A stretch of 57,427 nucleotides of DNA, the filler included, from Basidiobolus ranarum (taxonomy: Eukaryota), in assembly GCA_040143965.1 (NCBI GenBank). It is 5 parts of 5 records of this genome, joined end to end, with 100 filler letters (N's around TTAATTAATTAA, not from the genome) between each part and the next. Parts side by side here need not be neighbours in the genome. Positions count along the whole stretch, not along the records: positions 23,038 to 34,446 come from JASJQH010007491.1; positions 34,547 to 45,941 come from JASJQH010007492.1; 3 more parts are not named here. The stretch is one strand, 5' to 3'. Positions 24,492 through 35,466 of this stretch are shown in pieces; the stretch's first letter is position 1, and every line of letters starts with the position of its first letter. The translations under genes and the position numbers were made by a program. The notes under the pieces were generated by a model. It was not told where the DNA came from. It saw nothing but the letters and a program-made list of their open reading frames with translations, and did no database searches.

Positions 24492-26944
24492 GTATTCGCT
24501 GGTATCTCAACAATATCAAAAGCTAGAAGATGTTCTTAGAAAGGGAATTGCCTATAACACTAGCTTCAACAAGTATTAATTAATTATGTGTAGTATCATT
24601 CCAACCAGGTTGAATATTGCAAATTTTGGACACTCATAGGGCTAAGAGCATGGGAACCCTAGTAAATTACAGGTTTTCCAGGTAACTACTGCACTATTAA
24701 CAAACATAGCATGTATATCAAACACCAAGTTTTGATAATTGGCGAGATTGAGGAAACCTAGTTTTTCTAAAACTTCTACTATATATATCAGGATTAATAT
24801 ATGCACGCGGAGGAGTACATTCTCAATACCCACTGCCTTATTTCTATACTGAGATAACTTTGTTTACAATAAATACAGAAACAAACATTTTGTCTAAGAT
24901 GAGGTCATGTATATACAGTATCGCCAATCTAAATAATCCTACAGTACTTTGTTATAAAATTGATTTGTGACAAATTTCTCCACTCAACTAAAAATATATC
25001 TAGTGACACAAGCCAAGATATCCTTGGAAAGCGTACAATCTACATGCAACATTAATATTGATTAATGACGAATATACTTCCTCTACTACAATTAGGTTTT
25101 ATCTACAATCTGACACTAATAATACTGTAACTGAACTATTAAGCACGTATTCAAGATTCATTAGAATGCTTTTAGTTGATTAGCAGAAATAAGTGATTTA
25201 TATAGCCAATAACTACTTGTGAATGCCGAAAAATAGCAACCGAAGTATTAAGGACTGTAGAGGAAATATTTGGGGAGAAAATTTTATCTTTTCTCAGTAT
25301 GTTTGAGATACTTTCAGGTGTATGTCACGATTCTCACTTTTCACTAGATGTATAATATATTATGTGAATATTTGGATGCTTAACTCTAATACTTCAGCAA
25401 CTATACCAATATAAACACTGAGGTATTGACTTGCATACATATAATACTGCATTAAATATAGGATTGTAATTCCTACGATACTGTGTTTGCAAATGCAAAC
25501 ACTAACCCTAAAGCAACAGCCTATTATTGTTTGTGCATCCGAAATTGGTCATTTGTTTTGATCATCAATAATCGGTAGAGTCAGCAAAGTGCTTAATACT
25601 GCTTATTTAAATAACTCAACAAGGCTTAATAGGTATACTAGGTCATCTGAGCTATTCTAATAAGATATCGATCTATTCAGTTTTTTTGAGATATTTCTTT
25701 TTCCGCTGCAGTTCCTAACTATTTCCGCCTTTTATTTAAACATTTCCACAATAGTCCAAATGTAGTTCTTTACATTAAATAGACTACCAACTTAAGCTAA
25801 GAATCACGTGAATATAGATGTACAACATGCAATATCTCGATGTCAGACAATCAATTTCTAATGGGTTTTTCCAGATTACAGATAGTGAGTGCTAAATTAT
25901 AGGTAGTTTGGCTATAGAGTAACGCAAATCAACATTCACCAGTGGTCAACACCCCCCACCAAACGCCTCTCACTCAATTCGGAAATCTATATAAGATTGA
26001 TCCACTTACTGTACTTGCTTTTCCCAATCACAGATTACCTCCAGTACTACCAACCGTCACCAATCAATTTCCTGGAGAAATTGACATGCACTGCCTAAAC
26101 TACCTAAATCGCTTAAACTACCTATGCAACCGACAAAAGAAATCAGCCCAACATTACGATAGTTTACAAAACAAAGCTCATCTTTCTCTATTGTATTGGG
26201 TGTTCAAGTAATATTTGAAGCATTTCATAGAGACAATAAAAGAACACCCTGAGGGAAACCCTGGGGGGGAACCCTTGTGATCTCTAAATGAAAGCGAAAT
26301 GAAAATTCATCTAATTGATACAATAATGAATACTTGTCATCCTTTTCCTCAATTCTCCTCGTTCCTTGTCCACCATTGTTTCCGGTAATAAAAGTTGCGA
26401 ATTTGGAATGTTTCCGTGTATGAGTAACGGTTGAAATGGAGCGATTCGCCAATTCGTTACATTTACATTCACTTGTTACGTTATATATAGCACTGTATAC
26501 CTACACGCATCTCACCTACACGCATCTCTACCTGTTATTTGTTAACCAGATTCTAATGGAGATCAGGATCACTTGATTCGATCATCGGATCTGCTCTTCC
26601 TCCGTACTGTGTACCAATTAAGCGTGTGATTGCTGGTCAAAATCAAACATTGCTGCTCAAAGTGGAAGCAGAAAAAAAGTGCCACTCCAATGACATCAAG
26701 AAGAAATATTAGGATTAGCTAGGAAACTAGAGGTGAATCTCAAGTAGAAGAGGATATTTATTTGCAGACGAAGCTAGAACACAATTGGTACAACACTGGA
26801 ATAATCGGGCGGAAATCGTATCGTTCCTCATCGTCTCTATATTGTGTTACCAAAACTGTGCTACAACTCATACTTGTGTTACTTGGAGAACTAATAAATA
26901 CTCAACTATTTCGTCACTTTCCCAACATTACAAATCACTTCAGC

Positions 26945-28093
26945 ATGCGTGGATTTAATAGCATTTGGATCTCACTGGCCGTTACTGCTACCGCAGTCAT
27001 CGCTCACAGTAACTCTAAAGTGGTCGAAATTGGTCCAAGTTATAACGTTTTGACCGAGCCTTTCTCTAGAGAAGTAGGTGAACCCTTCTCTAAAACCCAA
27101 GTTGGTTCTCAATCACTGGAAAATATTGGAGAAGCTGCTTTCATCGTATACAACAAGAAGTTCTACGACATCATCGGCACTAAGCCTAATCTTACTGTTG
27201 TTGCTGAGAAAGATTTCTCTTTCGCTCATGAAGCTGGTATCTACGTCGCGAAAACCAACGAAATCATATTCACTAGTAACCGTTTAGGAGATACCTCTGG
27301 TACCGAGCAATACGTCGACATCTTCAAAATGAACGTCGACACTTATGAAGTTAGCAAAGTCTCACCAAAATCAGAAATCTACCTTGCCAATGGCGGTACC
27401 TTCTACGATGGTAAGGCTATCATCGTTGGCCAAGGTAAAGGTAGCCACGGCTCAGCTATCTACTCTGTTGATCCAGTTACCTATGAAACCAAGGTCATCT
27501 TGAATAACTTCTTCGGACTCAAATTCAACTCCATGAACGATGTTGTCGTTTCACGTAAAGATGGCTCATTCTGGTTTACTGATCCCTCGTACGGACATGA
27601 ACAGAAATTCCGTGATCAACCTCAGTTGGGTGATTTTGTTTATCGTTGGGATCCTAAGACTGGTGATGTTCGTTTGGCGGCCGATGGATTTGTCAAGCCT
27701 AATGGCATCCAATTCTCTCCTGACGAAAACATCGCTTATATCTCTGACACTGGCTTCACCACTGGGGTTGGCGAAACTGATGTTAAGAGACCCCACACTG
27801 TCTATGCTTTCGATGTCTCTCGTAAGAACGGTTCCGCTTTCCTTACCAACCGCAGAGTATTTGCCATGAGTGATACCGGAATTCCCGATGGTATTAAACT
27901 TGATGTCAGAGGTAATGTGTATGTTGGCTCTGGTGATGGTGTGAACGTCTATTCTCCCCAAGGAGTACTTCTTGGAAAGATCAACACAGTTCGTTGCGCT
28001 AATCTAGTATTCGCCAAGAAAGATCTTTTCATTTTATCCGAAACCCAAATTTACCACGCAAAGTTGAACGTCGAAGGAGTGAAACTTAATTAA
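26945..28093 (+). CDS. Secreted SMP-30/gluconolactonase (lactonohydrolase) beta-propeller
   Basis: Signal peptide MRGFNSIWISLAVTATAVIA, then FAHEAG, ANGGT, FNSMNDVV, WFTDPSYG, KPNGIQFSPD and GIPDGIKLD. Confidence 0.92.
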   Translation: MRGFNSIWISLAVTATAVIAHSNSKVVEIGPSYNVLTEPFSREVGEPFSKTQVGSQSLENIGEAAFIVYNKKFYDIIGTKPNLTVVAEKDFSFAHEAGIYVAKTNEIIFTSNRLGDTSGTEQYVDIFKMNVDTYEVSKVSPKSEIYLANGGTFYDGKAIIVGQGKGSHGSAIYSVDPVTYETKVILNNFFGLKFNSMNDVVVSRKDGSFWFTDPSYGHEQKFRDQPQLGDFVYRWDPKTGDVRLAADGFVKPNGIQFSPDENIAYISDTGFTTGVGETDVKRPHTVYAFDVSRKNGSAFLTNRRVFAMSDTGIPDGIKLDVRGNVYVGSGDGVNVYSPQGVLLGKINTVRCANLVFAKKDLFILSETQIYHAKLNVEGVKLN

Positions 28094-28718
28094 GTGATAA
28101 ATCCATTTCACTGGTTGAACTGATTATTTTTGGTATAGATTACTTGTAATATTATTTACGCTAATAAAATCTTATTTACACCAATTTAATTTGGCCACAT
28201 CAACTGAGTTCCTCTTTCTATATTTGGAATATAGCTTTGCAGTGACTGGGCCAATGGGTTCGTTAGGGTTTGGGTTGAAGTGACACAAGAAAAGATCTTT
28301 CGAACAATTCCAACACCTGACCCGAACTACGGATGGTTACACGGCAGTCGGGTTCGTCGTTTCATATTAGGCATGTTGGGGCACTAAGATCTTGACCAGC
28401 CGAACTTAGTTTTAGCTTGAAATGAGAATGATAGTGTGGGAACAAGAGCAGGTATAGTAGCGGGTCTTTATTAAATGGAGATTAAGCAATACAGTAATGA
28501 AGAGACAGTAACAGTGGGGTAGTTGCGGGAACAGGGGGAAATACAGTAAGTGGATGTCAACAAGAACAATAATAATGAATAATATCGCGTATTCACAAAC
28601 CCCATCGCTTGCTACTCTATAATACACTTTAGTACCCGGGTATTGGTGACACAGCTATGGCATGCGGAATATTTAGTTTGTTTGGGGTGTTACATACAAT
28701 TATGGCCATGGAATATAT

Positions 28719-29663
28719 TTATGGATCCAGTCCTCTGTTGGGTTGAAATCTCGTGTTGAGTAGAACGAGAGGGACCTCGCCATTTTCGTCCGATGTTTTG
28801 CTGTTAGGAGATGCATGGAATATTTCTTGATGATATTTGGACGGATTGCGTGATCCACTTTCATCATGTTCTCTGTGAGTGGTTTCATCGTAGTGGTTGT
28901 CGGCAGTCCATCTAAATGAGTTCCCATGAGGGGCACACAATCTAGTCAAGAAGTAAGGCAGACACACCATCAAGAAATTGATCGTCAAATCTACCATGGA
29001 TAACAGTGGTGCATACTGCTCCAGAGGCGTTATTAATGACAGATTGAAGAACATATTAAAAGTGATGGCTATCGAATTGGTAACGAAAAGATTCCGTGCA
29101 ACAAAGACTAGTTGTGAGTTTTGCTCTGCCTTAGATTTCAGGCATTGTCGAACGAACGGTGCCAAGAACATGCACATCATGTAAACTGACAGGATAAAGG
29201 CGGTCACTAATGGAAGAAGAGACGAGATTCGGGGATGTACCACACTACATGAGCCATTCGGTGCGATTTGCGTTTCATTTAGCACAATACTCATGGGAAT
29301 ACCAGCTGCGTAAACAACGCCCACTATCGCAGGAAAGAGCAAAGACCAGGTGCCTCCATATACCTCTTTGTAGCGTACCATATAATAAACGAACTGTAGA
29401 GAGTTGCTTCCATGGTAGAAAAACACCGAGAGATTCTCAGCAACTCCACAGTGGTTGTCTTGTGAGCCACCGTTCATTTGAACTATTTTAACTTGAGCAT
29501 AGACACAATTGAATAACGCTACAAAGTATAGAATACGATGGGACATGATTCCTGAAGTACGCCATCCTCTGATGAACGCAAAAGAAGCAGCGACAACCAA
29601 TGTCAGTCCAAGGCATATTCCCACTACATAGTGAGCTATGGGGATAAATATACCATCTGCCAT
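28719..29663 (-). CDS. Seven-transmembrane GPCR-like protein
   Basis: About seven hydrophobic segments, Cys at the top of TM3 (DNHC) and in loop 2 (NGSC), VRY at the end of TM3, and a polar C-terminal tail. Confidence 0.7.
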   Translation of the reverse strand: MADGIFIPIAHYVVGICLGLTLVVAASFAFIRGWRTSGIMSHRILYFVALFNCVYAQVKIVQMNGGSQDNHCGVAENLSVFFYHGSNSLQFVYYMVRYKEVYGGTWSLLFPAIVGVVYAAGIPMSIVLNETQIAPNGSCSVVHPRISSLLPLVTAFILSVYMMCMFLAPFVRQCLKSKAEQNSQLVFVARNLFVTNSIAITFNMFFNLSLITPLEQYAPLLSMVDLTINFLMVCLPYFLTRLCAPHGNSFRWTADNHYDETTHREHDESGSRNPSKYHQEIFHASPNSKTSDENGEVPLVLLNTRFQPNRGLDP

Positions 29664-31055
29664 ATGATCTGAGGTTAGGGTGAAAGTATAGAAACTAACT
29701 GTCGAAGTAAAGGGTGGGTGTGGATTCTATAAAGCACAAAATTATGATAGCCAGCAAGATGAGCTATTATATAAATGGCTCAATGTGACACAGCAAAGTG
29801 AGAAAAATCACCGGATAATTATGTCATATTTATATCGTACCACTATTATAATATATACTGATAGTCGAGCTTATCGTATTTGTCACACGATCTTTAATTA
29901 AACCAGTTTAACAAATCCTAACCCTCACTTTAGTTCTATTATTCTACCTACCCTAACCCTAGCCCTAGATAACATGCAACTCTACTGAAACATATACAAG
30001 CCACTGTGGACATTCCTTTAAGACAGATGAAAAACAGTACTTGTGAAGAAGGGCTCTATATGGTCAAGGAAGTTCATCTACGGTTACGGCTACTAACACG
30101 AACACTTAGTACAGTTTCACCCCAGTTATGAATATAATAATGGGGCTTACAATTCATTTGTTCCCAAACAGTCTCGTTAACGTAGATTGAGATAATGTGC
30201 AATGATTTGCTTAGCTACCATGCTAGTGATTACATGCGAGTGGTTACTCAATTATCTCGCGCTTTTAAGGGTCTTTGATAGACGTATCAGATGGCTCAAT
30301 ATTGTCAAGTTAAGTTATCAGCTACCCAAGCGCAACAGGACAAGGAGTCCGATACATGATTCCGATACTCTTTATAGCACGTGGAGTTTACTTATAGGAT
30401 TACAGACTTCTTAATATATTTTCGTAATAAATTTCGCCCCAAACATCAGGTATGTTGTCCAACACGGCTATACAGTACGGCGCACTGGTACACTTTGTTT
30501 CATCCAATGCGAGCCTCTGTTTGGATCTACAAACCTCCTTCGCAGATTATCCGGCTCAATTCGGTTTAGTCAATCGCAGGTGGCTGCAAACAGGATTCCG
30601 ATTTACGGTAAGACCTGGTCTTTATGGCAACTGCTGGTTAGGGCTTACCTTTGGGTTGGCTCATCTACTGGATATTGATACGATTGATGCTAGTTTTTGT
30701 GAGTTAAGCAGTTATTTTGCTAATAACTGTTTAGCGCCAAAATATTTTGGTACCCATTCAAGTGCCCTAATCTTTTTTAGCTTAGTTGAATATGTGGGAG
30801 TCAATATCACCGAACATAGAACCATTTGACAATCCAAAGCGTTACAATGATGATGGAAGTATTTGAGTGGTAAAAGCGGCGTAGAGTTAATAAACATTTA
30901 TCCTATTTAGTTAAAAAGTAACTGAGAAGAATTAGGGTTGTTCTCAAAACTGCCATTAAATTCCTATATGCAGGGTACATAGCAAAATAACAAGTCCCTT
31001 CACCAGATCGGACTAAATTCGCTCATTAATATATATTGTAGTTCAATATAAAGTA

Positions 31056-31190
31056 CTAGTGAGTTTAGTCAGTTTCCAAGGACTAGTGCATTTAGTTAGT
31101 TTCCAAGTACAAGTAAGTTTAGCTAGTTTTCGAGTGCAAGTAAGTGTGCCAGTAAGTGTGCAAGTAAGTTTAGTTGGTTTTCAAGTGCAG
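31056..31190. repeat. Degenerate ~27-bp minisatellite (GTAAGTTTAGYYAGTTTYCAAGTGCAA-like)
   Basis: About four full units plus 12-bp sub-units are visible. Confidence 0.75.
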
Positions 31191-31837
31191 AGATTTTATC
31201 TTTCGTCCCAAAAACCTGTCAATATACACAACTTAATACTACTTTTAGTGTGCAACTAAGGTAGAATTGTCACTTATATATATTTGTATACCTCTTAGTG
31301 TGTAACTAAACAATAGGGTTATCACTGTACACTGTATAAATACTTGCTGCTGCCAGTCCCGCCACACACAAAGATAAGAAGTAGCACAATAAATTAACTA
31401 TGGAGATACTAATAGGAATGAAAGTCATACCATCGCAATCGCAATGATGAACAACACGTGGACTCTGAATGTCAACCAAGTCGCAACAATGTAACTTTAA
31501 TGAATCAGTAGAAGAGTTTACAGAGTTATAATGAATAAGAAATAAATGCCCTATTCATTATAACACCGTGACACCTTAACACCTTCATCGTGATCGTTCA
31601 ACGGTCCATGATCTCCAATATAGCAAATAAAGCGACGGAAAATTAGAACAGAATCAACACCTTTGAAACTTAGCTCTACGTTATCGCACAGTTTGCAAAC
31701 ACTACTCATTTTACAGTACACTTGGTAGTGAAACTGTCTTGTAACTCGCAAAATACGTAACAAGATATTGGAAACTAGCCTCGCATTTCTAATCTCGCAT
31801 ATCCGCTTACATATGAATTCAATCCCGAATTCAATCC

Positions 31838-31845
31838 TATAAATA
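31838..31845 (+). promoter_or_regulatory. TATA box upstream of the HAS-like gene
   Basis: TATAAATA about 115 nt upstream of the ATG at 31956. Confidence 0.45.
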
Positions 31846-31955
31846 GTGAACTCACAGATCATTATAAGACATCAATTATTTACAAGTATTAACAGCGAAC
31901 GTAGTGCACTCACCTTTAGAATTATTTACTCATTACCATTATAGCTAGCAATCCA

Positions 31956-33396
31956 ATGAATTCGGATCACGTCGACGTGAACTCCATGCTGCAAAAGATG
32001 CCTGCTGCGTCTGCAGCCCCCACTTCCACCCCAGTATCACTTACTAAGAAGTTGCTGTGGATCTCATCTGTACTGGCTGTATTATCGATGCCTTACTATA
32101 TCTCATTGCCAGCTTCAATTCAGACTTCCTTCCAACTGGGCTCTCGACAGATTTCCTTTTTCTATGCTATCCTTATGTTTACCAACATCTTTACTATCAT
32201 TACCTTCTCACTCAATCGTCGCACTGTCAATCGTCGTGTGCGCAATCGTGATCCCAATTGGGAAGGCATGACTACAGCAGTTCTTGCAGTAGGCTATAGA
32301 GAGGACCCCATACTTTTGGAGGGATGTCTCAAGTCACTCATAGCGTTGCGCTATCAACCTAATCGCAAGATTTTCTTAATTATTGACGGAGATGAGGAGC
32401 AAGACGAGTATATGGCTGAAATCTTTGAGCGAGTCTTCCAGTACCACAATCCCGTGGTACTCCGGCCCAAATTCTTGGTCGCTGATGTTGGGAAAGACCA
32501 TCCTTTGACACTAAAGCTAAATCAACAAATAGAGGAGGCCACTGGGCCCATTTGTATCTTACAACCTCATCGTGGAAAGCGTGCTGCTATGTACACCGGA
32601 TTTTCAGCTCTAATTCACAGTGGTATTGAGGCAGTTTTAGTCACCGATTCAGATACCTATTTAGATCCCGACTGTATTAAAGGTACATTCATTTCCAATT
32701 GATGATTATTTTATCTTCCCACTGCTAACCTGTTGTTCCATTCTTTTATTAGAGCTGGCTTTTTGTGTTTCTGAATCACCAAGGATAGGTGCTGCCACAG
32801 GTGATGTACGCATTTACAATACCGGCACCTGGATTAGCTTCCTATCTTCACTATGGTACTGGTTTGCATTCAACGTAGAACGTGGTTCGCAATCCTATCA
32901 TGAAGTAGTCAATTGTGTCAGTGGTCCCCTTGGCCTTTACCGAATGTCCGCCATCAGCGAAATCATGGACAAATGGATGCAACAGTCTTTTATGGGTGTG
33001 ATGTGTACCTATGGTGATGATCGTCATTTAACCAACCTTGTACTTCGCAGTGGTTTGAAAGTCAAATTTACACATCATGCAACGTGCTATACCGACACAC
33101 CCATCACATTTGTTGCTTGGTTTACACAACAAACTCGTTGGTCAAAGTCTTTCTTTAGAGAAATCCCCATCCAACTGGCCTGTATGCATCGTCATAGTCC
33201 CTACATGACCTTCGCTCTGATTTATCACTTGATGTATCCAATCTTCATGGTCTACGATATGGTCATGTGTATTTGCTTTGAGGAATTCACCCAAGTGATG
33301 TGGTGGGCTATTTGGATCTTTTCACTTGGAGCCGTGAAGGGACTCTTTGCCACCATACTCACCGGTGACTGTAGATTCTTTTTCCTACCAGTTTAA
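31956..33396 (+). pseudogene. Class I hyaluronan synthase-like GT2 gene (exons 31956-32682, 32753-33396), C-terminally truncated, probably non-functional copy
   Basis: Two N-terminal TMs, then GYREDP, IIDG, CILQPHRGKR, TDSDT, an intron with GCTAAC branch site, GDVRIYN, YWFAFNVERGSQS, CVSGPLGLYR, CTYGDDRHLTN and QQTRWSKSFFRE. It stops at RFFFLPV* without the last helix and WGT motif. Confidence 0.85.
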
Positions 33397-34446
33397 TGCT
33401 TGCCAATAACAAAGAGTATGTAACAAAACCATCATCTTCTTCATCAACTTAGGTTATATTACCATCAGTACCAGAATAATTGAGGTCAACATCTAGCAGA
33501 ATGTCCTCAAAGTTGTCTACACTCACTAGTTTGGTCAAAGTTGCATTTCTAACTATATCAGTCTGGTCATATAGCTGCAGCAACTTTATAGTATCTAGAC
33601 TTTTGGCAGTGTCTCCAAAACTTTGAGGCAATGCAAAGCTAGTGGACTCAGTGAGCAAAACAAGAGTCAGTTTTGTGCACTTATTACAATTGCTATTCAC
33701 CTAGCTTTGTGCAGCTGGTGGCTCTGTAGAGTGACTATGATTGTGATTATTCTTTCTGTGAAGTCACTGGCTTTCACCCTAACAGAAAATTGATAATCAT
33801 TACTGTAGGAAAACAGTCACAGTTTTAATCCATTTGGGATTGACCATTTCCACATCAATGTAAAATGATCAAATTTGATTTGATTTTCAATTTTTTCAGT
33901 TTCAGCTGTGAAGTTTCAAGATCTTACAAAATAGTTGCACAAGATTAGCTACAATCTCAGAGAAATATGGATAAATACATGTGCAAAAAGTGTAACTCAC
34001 ATCTTACACATTTACTACTTGAATGCTAATTTGTTATCTTCAATATATCTAGTTTCTTTGATATATTCTTTGCAATATTTTTATAGAGTTCTTCACACCT
34101 AAGGTTTTGCTCATAACCAACATGAGTTTGTATCAATAACTCCATCAAAGCCCACCATTGTATTAACATTCCTGATGCAGTATTCTTCCAGCTATCTGGC
34201 AGATACCCTGCTATATTATGCCACTCTGTATTAAGTTCTTCCCGGATATCTGCATGGCCAACACCAGACTGAATGCCCAGTTAAATGTTCTTCTTCTGAG
34301 GCCACTTTCTGCATACTTGCTTTGTATTTTTACCTTCATACTTTTGAACATACTCTGCAAGCACTTTGTCTATTTTATATGACCTTGTAGTGTGAAACTC
34401 CCAAGGGGCAAGTCGGCTGGTTTACTGGCAAAGGAGAATCCAGTAG
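33390..34446. mobile_element. Unclassified CpG-poor insertion (probable transposon relic) abutting the HAS-like gene
   Basis: Abrupt switch from CpG-containing coding DNA to about 1 kb with only ~2 CpG, with stop-riddled minus-strand frames. Family not recognised. Confidence 0.55.
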
Positions 34447-34546
34447 NNNNNNNNNNNNNNNNNNNNNNNNNNNNNNNNNNNNNNNNNNNNTTAATTAATT
34501 AANNNNNNNNNNNNNNNNNNNNNNNNNNNNNNNNNNNNNNNNNNNN
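34447..34546. other. Artificial contig linker
   Basis: N run containing TTAATTAATTAA. Confidence 0.97.
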
Positions 34547-35466
34547 TGAAACTGCAAAGGTTTCACGTTTTACCTGAATTGTTAGTGGTCAAAATCTAGA
34601 TCTAGAAATTTGGATGGGAATCGTATTACGTATCCTCTACTGCTGGCTGAGTAGCTTGAGCAACAATCAACTACTGAGTAGTTTTCGATTGGTTTAATCT
34701 AGAGGATCAGATAATATCATATTGCCAAAACCTACCACAATTTTAAGCGCTGCTCTTTGGCAGATGATTGATTCTTGCGATTTCCAACTGTTAGTATTAG
34801 CAATTCTCGTTTGTCAAGGCTCATCCAAGCCACCAATTTACAGCAACAAGTCCGGTTCTCGACAATGAAAGTTGTTGTGTTCTAGGTTTCGGGAGATTGG
34901 TCTGACAACAGACGAGGAAGCGTTGCCTATCTTGATGACAACCTTTGGAGCGTAACATTCAGCTTAGTTTTCAACTCAGTCAGGCACCCCAACACAGATG
35001 CGGCATGGGTATTTATATTTCTTAAAGCTTCTTCTTAACCAGAGCGACAAGAGCTACTGAACATAGTCTTTGAGATTCTGTAAGTAGGATTTCTTCCAAT
35101 CAGTGCCCTTTTGTAAATAAAATAGTTGGTTACATTTAAGGTGGAATGTACCAACCTATAGACAAGCAGAAAATCTCTTTTGAAGCATTGTGGAGTCATT
35201 GAAAGATAGGATAACGAATTTGTGAGAAAAGTTATGTTTAAAGATGCCTATGCATGCTAGAGTTAATATTCTGTACTCAGGTGTGATGACAGCGATATAT
35301 CGCAATAGACGGATTCGTCAACTGCTTATATGTGATGCACCGAACATCCAATCCTTAGCTCGAACACAATAAAACACATATATATGAATTTTATATTGGA
35401 ATGAAGTGAGCTGAATAACAATCAAGCTCATTCCTAGCCAGAGATTTAGATTTATTAAGACTGAAG

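Noticed and set aside
26762-26944. N-terminal extension of the gluconolactonase ORF from TTG
   Set aside because: The ATG at 26945 begins a clear signal peptide; the upstream part looks like promoter/UTR.
30452-30829. 125-aa ORF between the 7TM and HAS-like genes
   Set aside because: No recognisable motif or coding-like composition.
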